This document shows positions 1 through 8,089 of a stretch of DNA of 64,000 nucleotides, piece after piece. Both the position numbers and the translations under genes were made by a program. Position 1 is the stretch's first letter. Every line of letters starts with the position of its first letter. Origin of the DNA: a bacterium (lineage in GTDB: Bacteria > Margulisbacteria > Marinamargulisbacteria > JABIPA01); NCBI GenBank assembly GCA_018699495.1, contig JABIQV010000050.1, positions 3,712 to 67,711 on the forward strand, in the 5' to 3' direction. The notes below the pieces were generated by a model. It saw only the letters and a list, made by a program, of their open reading frames with translations, made no database searches and was not told the DNA's origin.

Positions 1-609
1 ATGATTGATTTAAGATACAGAGTCGTTCCTGAACGAAAGGTTCGTAAATATTTGAATAGAGGTATTGTGTGTTGTTTGTTAGTGCCAATGCTATACATGG
101 AAAGCTCAAGATTTATAACGGATCGACTCATTGTTCCTAAACCAGTTCAGTTTTTGGGAGGAGTGGCTCAACATTTTCGACTATTTAGTCCTTATGGTTT
201 GTTTGCGGTAATGACGACAAAACGAAAGGAAGTAGTTATACAGGCGAGTTTAGATGGGGAGACATGGAAAGATTACGAATTTAAGTGGAAACCTGGAGCA
301 GTTAATATAGCTCCTAAATGGGCATTTCCTCATCAACCACGATTGGATTGGCAGTTATGGTTTTCGGCGTTGTCTACAATTGAAAATAATTCGTGGATGT
401 ATCATTATTTTGTAAAACTTATTCAAGGGTCGGAGTCTGTTTTATCGTTAATGGGGCCCAGCCCTTTTGGAAATAAAAAGCCAAACTATATACAAGCACA
501 ATTGTACGATTATACATTTACAGAACTAGACGATATGAAGGGGACTGGGTATTGGTGGAAACGAACGTATGTTGGGCCATATTCTCCTACGCTGCAACTA
601 TCGAAATAA
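1..609 (+). CDS. Lipase maturation factor (LMF1/TMEM112) family protein, C-terminal part; gene probably continues upstream of the window
   Basis: Frame is open from base 1. Contains FSPYGLF, KPG...PHQPRLDWQLWF and YWWKR segments that match the conserved C-terminal region of LMF family proteins. Confidence 0.8.
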   Translation: MIDLRYRVVPERKVRKYLNRGIVCCLLVPMLYMESSRFITDRLIVPKPVQFLGGVAQHFRLFSPYGLFAVMTTKRKEVVIQASLDGETWKDYEFKWKPGAVNIAPKWAFPHQPRLDWQLWFSALSTIENNSWMYHYFVKLIQGSESVLSLMGPSPFGNKKPNYIQAQLYDYTFTELDDMKGTGYWWKRTYVGPYSPTLQLSK

Positions 610-627
610 TCTGATAATGGTTTTTCC

Positions 628-2028
628 TTATTTCTGAACCTTAATTCCTTGAACGTAGGTACTTAAGATGTCACGAGAGTCAGTCATAAAGACTAATTTT
701 TTAAGGATTTCGTCAGTAGAATAGGTGGCGATAACGGAATCAGGACCGGTATTTTTGAGGGAGATAATATTGGAATCAAATGCTTTACCAATCTGAAAAT
801 TCCCAATTTTATCGTCCAAGTCAAGAACAGATGCACCTCCTAAAGTTGCACAATAAAAAAGGTTTTCTGTTTGAATAGGTGTTGTTTTTTGATGGAATGT
901 AGGTGACATGAGTAGGTCAATATTAAGATGGGTTTGATAGGCAGATCTCATTTCACTAAACATAGACGTAGAAATTCCACCTGAAAGATCAGTTCCTAAC
1001 CCAATTTTAGAGTAGATTTTTAACCAATTTGAAAGGTTGAACCTTCCACTTTTTAAATATAAATTGGAACATGGACAATGTGAAATACCAATATCATGAT
1101 TCACTAAAGTTTCTTTTTCATCGTCGGACAGATGAATTGAATGAGCCATAATGACAGGTCCTTTAACCGATAGTAGTCCATGTTCTTTATAAACATCTGT
1201 ATAAGTTAACGATGGGTATAAATTTTTGACAGTTTCAATTTCTTGGATATTTTCTGATAAATGAGTTTGTATTCCAAGATCATATTTATGAGCAAGGTCT
1301 GATAAACCTGTCATTAATTTAGAACTACAGCTAATTGCGAATCTGGGAGTAATAATAGGGTGAACTAAATGAGACGAAAGTGACAGTACATCATTTATAA
1401 AATAGTCTGTTTCATTTAGAGAGTCTATCGTTGACTCTAAAAGAGGAGTTGGTGAATTTTGGTCCATATTTACCTTGCCGACGTACCCACGTTGTCCTTG
1501 ACTAACCATTGCTTTTGCAAGAGAAAGACAAGCTTGTCTGTGAATGGTTCCATAGTAACTTGCTGTAGTCGTGCCAGCTTTTAATAAGTGGTGGACGCAA
1601 AAACTCATAATTGAATCCGCGTATGGTTGGTCCGAAAATTTTGCTTCTTCAGGAAAAGTGACTGTTTCAAGCCATTTCAAAAGAGGTAAGCCAACACCTT
1701 TTCCTATATTCATAAGTTGAGCAGCATGAACATGGGTGTCTACAAATCCTGGGCAGATAATTTGGTCGTTTGGAACGTCTAAAATAGTTGAGTAGAGGTC
1801 TTTTACGATTTCGATAGGTTTGTCTAAATATGTATCCGTAGGTGCATTTAAATATGCATGACCTTTTGCAATTTCAATCGAACGAATCGTAGTGTCAGAA
1901 TGAACGTTAAAAATACACTCGATAAATCCCTCGCTATTTACACCAATCCCTCCAGAAAAAGATTGGACGGTTGTTTTATCGAGCGAATGAAAAAATTGTC
2001 CGGTTATTAATAAATGAGCCTTTTTCAA
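628..2028 (-). CDS. guaD: Guanine deaminase (amidohydrolase superfamily, eukaryote-like GDA type)
   Basis: 466-aa ORF. Contains PGFVDTHVHAAQ (metal HxH), ITPRFAISCS, HLSEN, AHSIHL, HCPCSNL and GLGTDLSGG, collinear with guanine deaminases. Confidence 0.8.
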   Translation of the reverse strand: MKKAHLLITGQFFHSLDKTTVQSFSGGIGVNSEGFIECIFNVHSDTTIRSIEIAKGHAYLNAPTDTYLDKPIEIVKDLYSTILDVPNDQIICPGFVDTHVHAAQLMNIGKGVGLPLLKWLETVTFPEEAKFSDQPYADSIMSFCVHHLLKAGTTTASYYGTIHRQACLSLAKAMVSQGQRGYVGKVNMDQNSPTPLLESTIDSLNETDYFINDVLSLSSHLVHPIITPRFAISCSSKLMTGLSDLAHKYDLGIQTHLSENIQEIETVKNLYPSLTYTDVYKEHGLLSVKGPVIMAHSIHLSDDEKETLVNHDIGISHCPCSNLYLKSGRFNLSNWLKIYSKIGLGTDLSGGISTSMFSEMRSAYQTHLNIDLLMSPTFHQKTTPIQTENLFYCATLGGASVLDLDDKIGNFQIGKAFDSNIISLKNTGPDSVIATYSTDEILKKLVFMTDSRDILSTYVQGIKVQK

Positions 2029-2053
2029 AATTAGTTAACGTTAAAAGAGGTGA

Positions 2054-3097
2054 CTATTTTTTAACAAAAGGAACAGACGTTACGTTAGCCTTATAAAACT
2101 TTCCACGAATATCAATTTCAAATTCACCCGTTTCAGCAAGTTCTTTCGAAATTATTGCCATGCCAATCGGTTTTCCAAGAGTAGGGGACAATGTTCCAGA
2201 CGTAACTTCTCCGCCACCCTTTATCTTGTAATGAGGTCTAGGGATCATTCTATCTTCCATTTCAAAACCAATCGTTGTTCGAGTTGTTGTGTTACTTAAG
2301 TTAGCTAAGGCGTCTCTACCGATAAAGTTTTTTTCTAATTTAACTACCCATTTGTATCTTGTTTCTAAGGGGGTAATCGTTTCTGATAATTCTTGTCCAT
2401 AAAGAGGAAGTCCCGCTTCGATTCTTAAGGTATCTCTTGCACCAAGGCCACAAGGTTGAACACCACTTTCGATAATCTTTTCCCAAATTTGACTAATTGA
2501 GTCGTTCGGAACAAGTAATTCAAATCCATCTTCACCAGTGTAACCTGTTCGAGATGCAATTACCGTTACGCCGTCTAAAATTTTATTTTCAACAGTAAAT
2601 CTACCAATCGCTTTAAAGTCTATTCCAAAAATAGTTGAAAGTTTTTCAGCAGCATCGGGACCTTGAATCGCAATGAATCCATTTGTTTTATTAAGGTCCG
2701 TAATTGAAATACCGTCTCTCTCAAGACTGTTCATCCAATTGACCATTTTTTCTTTGTTTCCAGCATTTACAACTAGATAAAACGAATGAGGTAATTTTCC
2801 AATCATAATATCGTCTAAAATACCGCCGTTTTCATTAAGAGCCATTGAATAGACCATGTTATTTTTTTTCGTTTTATCTAGGTCATTGCAACTAATTTGT
2901 TGAAGGAACGATTGTGAATTGTCTCCAGTAATTTCAAAACAACCCATATGAGAAATATCAAACATTCCACATGTTTCTCTTACAGCTTGATGTTCTTCTT
3001 TTAAGCCTACATACCATACGGGCATTTTGAATCCAGAAAAAGGGACCATCTTTGCTTTTAATTTTTCGTGATTTGAAAATAATATTGTTTTATTCAT
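2054..3097 (-). CDS. gcvT: Glycine cleavage system T protein (aminomethyltransferase)
   Basis: 347-aa ORF. N-terminus reads H..L.AKMVPFSGF.MPV.Y...EEH.AVR...G.FD.SHMG, followed by TGYTGEDGFE. Its start overlaps the end of hisC by 8 nt. Confidence 0.9.
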   Translation of the reverse strand: MNKTILFSNHEKLKAKMVPFSGFKMPVWYVGLKEEHQAVRETCGMFDISHMGCFEITGDNSQSFLQQISCNDLDKTKKNNMVYSMALNENGGILDDIMIGKLPHSFYLVVNAGNKEKMVNWMNSLERDGISITDLNKTNGFIAIQGPDAAEKLSTIFGIDFKAIGRFTVENKILDGVTVIASRTGYTGEDGFELLVPNDSISQIWEKIIESGVQPCGLGARDTLRIEAGLPLYGQELSETITPLETRYKWVVKLEKNFIGRDALANLSNTTTRTTIGFEMEDRMIPRPHYKIKGGGEVTSGTLSPTLGKPIGMAIISKELAETGEFEIDIRGKFYKANVTSVPFVKK

Positions 3098-4199
3098 ATG
3101 TTGGCTCCTTTAGATCGGTACACTTAATAAGTGCGTTTATAAATTTTTGATTTTGGGCTCTCGTGCCAATACTTACTCGAATGGCATGCGGTAAGCCAAA
3201 GCTGTTTAAGGGTCTAATAATAACACCTTGTTTGAGCAAGTTTTCGGCTACAGATGACGCATCCCATTCTCCGTGAATAAGAATGAAGTTTGCATGTGTC
3301 TTGATATAGCTTATTTTTAGTTTCTCAAATTCGTTGTAAAGAAAAACCTTTTCTATTTCATTGTTTTTTAATGTTTTTTGAACAAATTCTTTGTTTTTCA
3401 GAGCAATAGTTCCTGCTTTTAGGGCTAAACTATTTACGTTAAATGGCATTTTTAATTTCGATAGAAGAGCAATCAATTCAGGATGGCCAAGCGCATACCC
3501 TAATCGTAGTCCAGCAAGGCCATATAGTTTTGAAAATGTTTGCAAAATACAAACATTTTTGTGCTCGTGTATAAAAGGTAACCCGTTTCCATACGATGGA
3601 TCTGAGGCAAACTCCGCATATGCTTGATCGAGTACCAATAGGCCATTGGGTAGGTTGTTTAATATTTTTTCTATATCTAATTGAGTTAAGAGAGTTCCTG
3701 TAGGATTATTAGGGTTTGCCAAAAATATTAATTTTGTTTTAGGCGTGATAGCGTCTATAAGAGTTTGTATATCGTATTGAAAATTTAGGAGGGGGACTTC
3801 TTGGTAAGTCGCACGAGAGATTGTTGCCACTAATTTGTATATAGAAAATGTTGGAGAAACAGTAAGTACGTCGTCGTTTGGGTTAAGAAAACATTGACCA
3901 AGCATTTGTAAAAGTTCGTCACTTCCGTTTCCAAGAAGAATATTATTTTCAGAAAGCGAATAGGTTCTTGAAATTGACTCTATTAATGGTTCAGATGCGG
4001 TATCTGGATAGCGTTCAAGATCTATAGGTTCATTTTGTAATTGTTTAAGAGTTACTGCTGAGCCAAACGGATTTTCATTTGAGGCTAATTTGGTTACAGA
4101 ATCAACATTATATTTTTTTTTAACAGCGTCTATTGATAATCCAGGAGTATACGACTTGAGGAGGTTTACTGACGGATTTATTAAGTTATTTAGATTCAT
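3090..4199 (-). CDS. hisC: Histidinol-phosphate aminotransferase (class II PLP aminotransferase)
   Basis: 369-aa ORF. Contains LASNENPFG, NPNNPTG and TFSKLYGLAGLRLGY (PLP lysine motif). Confidence 0.8.
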   Translation of the reverse strand: MNLNNLINPSVNLLKSYTPGLSIDAVKKKYNVDSVTKLASNENPFGSAVTLKQLQNEPIDLERYPDTASEPLIESISRTYSLSENNILLGNGSDELLQMLGQCFLNPNDDVLTVSPTFSIYKLVATISRATYQEVPLLNFQYDIQTLIDAITPKTKLIFLANPNNPTGTLLTQLDIEKILNNLPNGLLVLDQAYAEFASDPSYGNGLPFIHEHKNVCILQTFSKLYGLAGLRLGYALGHPELIALLSKLKMPFNVNSLALKAGTIALKNKEFVQKTLKNNEIEKVFLYNEFEKLKISYIKTHANFILIHGEWDASSVAENLLKQGVIIRPLNSFGLPHAIRVSIGTRAQNQKFINALIKCTDLKEPTYE

Positions 4200-4358
4200 C
4201 TTTTAATATTATATCTGACTTCTTACTAAATAAGAATTAGATAAAGTTATTTCTTTTAAATTAATTTTTGACTGTATCTTTCTTGTTTTGGAATTGACTA
4301 CAGTGGTCATCATAATTTTTAGATATACGAATAGTTAGTTTGTTCGGATTACCAATTG

Positions 4359-5456
4359 TTAACGAATCGTTTCCAACTGCTTCCGAATAGAATACTTTCT
4401 AAGCTTCTGTAATGATTTTTCTTCAATTTGTCTGATACGCTCTCGTGTCACTTGATATGTTTTTCCAACTTCGTCTAACGTCCGAGGTCTACCATCATCA
4501 AGTCCAAAACGAAGCTTTATAATCATTTGTTCTCGCTCGTTCAATGTCCCAATAGCCTTATAAATAAGGTCGCGATTTGATTTTTTTACCATCATATAAT
4601 CTGGGCCAGGGATGCTTTTATCTTCAATAAAATCGCCTAGAGAAGCTGTTTCTTCGTCACCAACTGGCATGTCCAGAGAAAGTGGTAATTGAGAATATTG
4701 TTTGACTGCGTCAATTTGTTCTTTGTCCATTTCAGTACGAGCCATCATTTCTTCTTCAGTTGGCTTTCTTCCAAGTTTTTGACTCAATTCTTTGTCTGCA
4801 CGTTTATATTTACAAATGGTCTCTACCATATGAACAGGCACTCGAATGGTTCTGCTATTATCTGCAATTGAACGAGAAATACCCTGTTTTATCCACCATG
4901 TGGCATACGTTGAAAATTTAAATCCTTTTGTATAATCAAATTTTTCTACTGCTCGAATAAGGCCTGCATTTCCTTCTTGAATAAGGTCTAAAAACAAAAG
5001 TCCTTGCCCTATATATCGTTTTGCTATTGAAACAACAAGTCGTAAATTTGCACTAATAAGATGTTGTTTTGCATCCAAGTCGCCTTTTTCAATTCGTTTT
5101 GCTAGGGACACTTCTTCGTCGAAGGATAAAAGTTTAACAAGTCCAATTTCTTTGATATACAGTTTAATTGGGTCTTCGATAGAAGCATTTGCACGTGGCT
5201 TTACTTTTGAAAGTGTTGGTGTCTGTTCTTTTTGGTGTTCATTTTTTTCGTTGATAATATCGACGTCATTATCGTCATCGTCATCAGGCGAAATGTTTAT
5301 TATAGGGTGCTCAATATGAAGTGATTGAGATCGTGAATGGGATAAAACAGAATCTTCAACAGCATGCGTTAGTGCCGGTGTGAATTTAGTGCTTTCGTCT
5401 GTATTTAATTTAGAATGTTTCATTATAATTGTATCTTTCGTTTTGTATTTTTTCAT
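4359..5456 (-). CDS. rpoD: Primary RNA polymerase sigma factor (sigma-70 family), short form without a non-conserved insert
   Basis: Region 1.2 ([11 protein letters not shown]), region 2 ([10 protein letters not shown]...[30 protein letters not shown]), region 3, and region 4 ([20 protein letters not shown]). Acidic N-terminal tract. Confidence 0.9.
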   Translation of the reverse strand: MKKYKTKDTIIMKHSKLNTDESTKFTPALTHAVEDSVLSHSRSQSLHIEHPIINISPDDDDDNDVDIINEKNEHQKEQTPTLSKVKPRANASIEDPIKLYIKEIGLVKLLSFDEEVSLAKRIEKGDLDAKQHLISANLRLVVSIAKRYIGQGLLFLDLIQEGNAGLIRAVEKFDYTKGFKFSTYATWWIKQGISRSIADNSRTIRVPVHMVETICKYKRADKELSQKLGRKPTEEEMMARTEMDKEQIDAVKQYSQLPLSLDMPVGDEETASLGDFIEDKSIPGPDYMMVKKSNRDLIYKAIGTLNEREQMIIKLRFGLDDGRPRTLDEVGKTYQVTRERIRQIEEKSLQKLRKYSIRKQLETIR

Positions 5457-5612
5457 TTATTTCAAGCCCCCTAGAAATGATGTTTGAATTTCGAGCCTCA
5501 AAAAAAAAGGCTGATTTTAAATCTTTATTACATAGTTATCGAAACATTTAAAAATAAATTTCAAAAATATTTATTGAGAAAGGGACAAGTTTTTGCTATT
5601 AATGACAATCTA

Positions 5613-7802
5613 ATGCATTTAAATCCCCAACAGAAGCAGGCCGTTTTTCATTTTAGTTCCCCTTTGCTAATTATTGCAGGAGCGGGTGCTGGGAAGACTA
5701 TGGTCTTAACTCATAAGATTGCTGTTCTTGTAAATGAAATGAATATAAATCCTTCAAATATATTAGGAATCACATTTACAAATAAAGCAGCAAAAGAAAT
5801 GAGAGAACGTGTGTCAACATTGTTGGGAAAAGAGGGACGTCCTGCTGACGAGATTCCAACCTTAACGACGTTTCATTCTTTATGCCTAATTATTCTTAAA
5901 CGTTATTTCCATCATTTAGGCTGGTCAAATGATTTTACGATTTTAGATTCGGACGACCAGAAAAAATTATTGAAAAAGCTTCTCCAGGATATGGAGGTTT
6001 CAGAGGACGACTATCCTCTTCATAAAGTAATGGGAGTCATTCATCTGAAAAAGAATCAATTAGTTGGTCCCAATGATTATAGTCTGGAAAAAGATGCGGA
6101 CCCCATAATAGCAACTGCTTATAGAAGGTACCAAAAAGACTTGCAGGCTCAGCAAGGGTTGGATTTTGATGACCTACTATTTTGGGCCGTACAGCTATGT
6201 ATATCATGCCCAACGGTATTACAATCCCTTCACGAAAAATATAGGTATATTTTAGTAGATGAGTATCAGGACACGAATCATGCACAATATGTTTTGGTTC
6301 GGTTGATATCTAGAGGTAATAAGAATTTAGTCGTGGTTGGAGATTTTGACCAGAATATATATTCATGGCGTGGGGCAAATATCAAATATATTTTAAATTT
6401 TCAACGTGACTTTCCTGACGCCGACACTATTTATTTGGAGCAAAATTACCGGTCAACGCAAACCATATTAAATGCTGCAAATGGACTAATTAAAAACAAT
6501 AAAGAACGTAAAGAAAAAAAGCTGTGGACAGACAATCACAAAGGGAGTCCAATTCTCGTAAAGGTTGCTATAGACGAACGTAAAGAAGCAAAGTTTATAG
6601 TAGATAAAATACGAGAATTTAAAAAGGAGTTTTCATATTCTGATATCGCTATTTTAGTAAGAATTAATGCGCTTACTCGGGTTTTAGAGGATGAGTTAAT
6701 GACGCGATCAATTCCTTATAAATTAATTGGCGGACCTTCCTTTTTTGCACGAGCAGAAATAAAGGATGTTTTGGCATATCTTCGGTTGATTCATTCATTT
6801 TCCGATAAGTTGGCGTTAGAGAGAATTATAGGCAAACCACGCCGGGCATTAGGGGATAAGCGCGTTCAAGAGTTATTGCAGTGCGCAAAGAGTTTAGATA
6901 TAGACATTGAAAAGGTGCCGTATCACCCTGAGTTTAGAGTCACCCCCAAAGTAAGGCAGACGTGGATAGACTTTTTTAATACGATGTTAGATTTGAGAGT
7001 TCTTTATGAAAAAGAAGAGTCAGATAAATTGGGTACGGTGATAGAAAAATTGATTAAATCCACAGGATACGACGGCTATTTGAAAACGCAGCCAAAGCAT
7101 CTTGAACGATTGGAAAATCTTTCTGAATTTATAGCCTTTGCAAGAGAAGAGGAAACAGAATTATCTGAATTTTTAAATAAAGTTATGTTGGCGTCGGGTA
7201 CGGAATCGGAAAGTGACGAGTCTGTGACCCTGATGACGCTTCATAATGCGAAGGGATTAGAATTTGGTGTTGTTTTTATGGTCGGTTTGGAAGAGGGTAT
7301 TTTGCCTCATTATCGGTCATTCGATAATAATGCAGAAATGGAAGAGGAACGACGGTTAGCCTACGTAGGAATTACGAGAGGGAAAAAACACGTTGTTTTG
7401 ACTCGAGCAATCGAACGGCAATTATTTGGAAAATTTAAATCTCATAAAAAATCTAGATTTATAGAAGAATTACCGGAAGATACCTATGAACTAGATGGCC
7501 ATGAATTTGAGTCGTCTGTAAGCTCTGGGTTTGGCCTAAACTATCCAAAAGATGGAGGATCTGGTTCGTCTGGGTTTGGGGACTATAAATCCAAAGAGTC
7601 CTTTTATAAGGAACCGTCCTACACACCTAAGTCCGTCAATACGGAAACTTATTCAGTTGGTCAAAAAGTTGAACATAAACAATGGGGGCCAGGCACCATT
7701 TCTAATGTATATGAGCTTTCTGATGGTCAGAAATTAGTGATTAATTTTTCAGGACAATTTAAAACGCTTCTTAGCAAATATGCACCTTTAACGATAATTT
7801 AA
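5613..7802 (+). CDS. pcrA: ATP-dependent DNA helicase PcrA/UvrD (SF1)
   Basis: LNPQQKQAV, Walker A AGAGAGKT, VDEYQDTN, QNYRST, TLHNAKGLEF and YVGITR. The tracked ORF starts at TTG 5484; ATG 5613 lies directly before the conserved N-terminus and is the likelier start. Confidence 0.9.
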   Translation: MHLNPQQKQAVFHFSSPLLIIAGAGAGKTMVLTHKIAVLVNEMNINPSNILGITFTNKAAKEMRERVSTLLGKEGRPADEIPTLTTFHSLCLIILKRYFHHLGWSNDFTILDSDDQKKLLKKLLQDMEVSEDDYPLHKVMGVIHLKKNQLVGPNDYSLEKDADPIIATAYRRYQKDLQAQQGLDFDDLLFWAVQLCISCPTVLQSLHEKYRYILVDEYQDTNHAQYVLVRLISRGNKNLVVVGDFDQNIYSWRGANIKYILNFQRDFPDADTIYLEQNYRSTQTILNAANGLIKNNKERKEKKLWTDNHKGSPILVKVAIDERKEAKFIVDKIREFKKEFSYSDIAILVRINALTRVLEDELMTRSIPYKLIGGPSFFARAEIKDVLAYLRLIHSFSDKLALERIIGKPRRALGDKRVQELLQCAKSLDIDIEKVPYHPEFRVTPKVRQTWIDFFNTMLDLRVLYEKEESDKLGTVIEKLIKSTGYDGYLKTQPKHLERLENLSEFIAFAREEETELSEFLNKVMLASGTESESDESVTLMTLHNAKGLEFGVVFMVGLEEGILPHYRSFDNNAEMEEERRLAYVGITRGKKHVVLTRAIERQLFGKFKSHKKSRFIEELPEDTYELDGHEFESSVSSGFGLNYPKDGGSGSSGFGDYKSKESFYKEPSYTPKSVNTETYSVGQKVEHKQWGPGTISNVYELSDGQKLVINFSGQFKTLLSKYAPLTII

Positions 7803-8062
7803 CTTAATGGACCTTTTTTTAACTGATAAATCCGAACGGATGAAAGAAACGTTTTAATCCCAATAACATTAAATGGATCGTTCCGGGTAGAGAATTTAAA
7901 AAAATCTATATCGGATTTTTAGCCTTTAACCCTCAGAAGCTATTATTACGAGCATAGGTTATCTAAAAAATGACTTAGAATTTTATCCGAATACGGGATC
8001 CTATTGGCAAATTCGAGGGTGACTGTGTTCGTTATTTTATTGGTTTTTTGGTAAAATCATAT

Positions 8063-8088
8063 AAGGAGAAATAATAAGGAGAAATAAT
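8063..8088 (+). repeat. Perfect 13-bp tandem duplication (aaggagaaataat x2) carrying two Shine-Dalgarno copies just upstream of the kinase gene
   Basis: Read directly: 8063-8075 equals 8076-8088. The second AAGGAG lies 8 nt before ATG 8090. Confidence 0.9.
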
Positions 8089-8089
8089 A

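Noticed and set aside
3391-3627. Short antisense or overlapping ORFs inside well-supported genes. Examples: 3391-3627, 4689-4871, 6037-6285, 7552-7737, 8037-8228, 9997-10212, 14660-14842, 17228-17434, 18724-18948, 21773-21976, 24457-24696, 25315-25566
   Set aside because: Each is nested in or antisense to a gene with clear family motifs. None has an RBS or recognisable motif. They are typical shadow ORFs.
4200-4358. Glycine riboswitch ahead of the hisC-gcvT operon
   Set aside because: The reverse-complement leader is AT-rich with none of the conserved GGAGAG...CACCG-type elements.
5484-5612. N-terminal extension of pcrA from TTG 5484
   Set aside because: The extension is AT-rich and non-conserved-looking, and it starts 27 nt from the divergent rpoD start. 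ATG 5613 sits right before the conserved helicase N-terminus.
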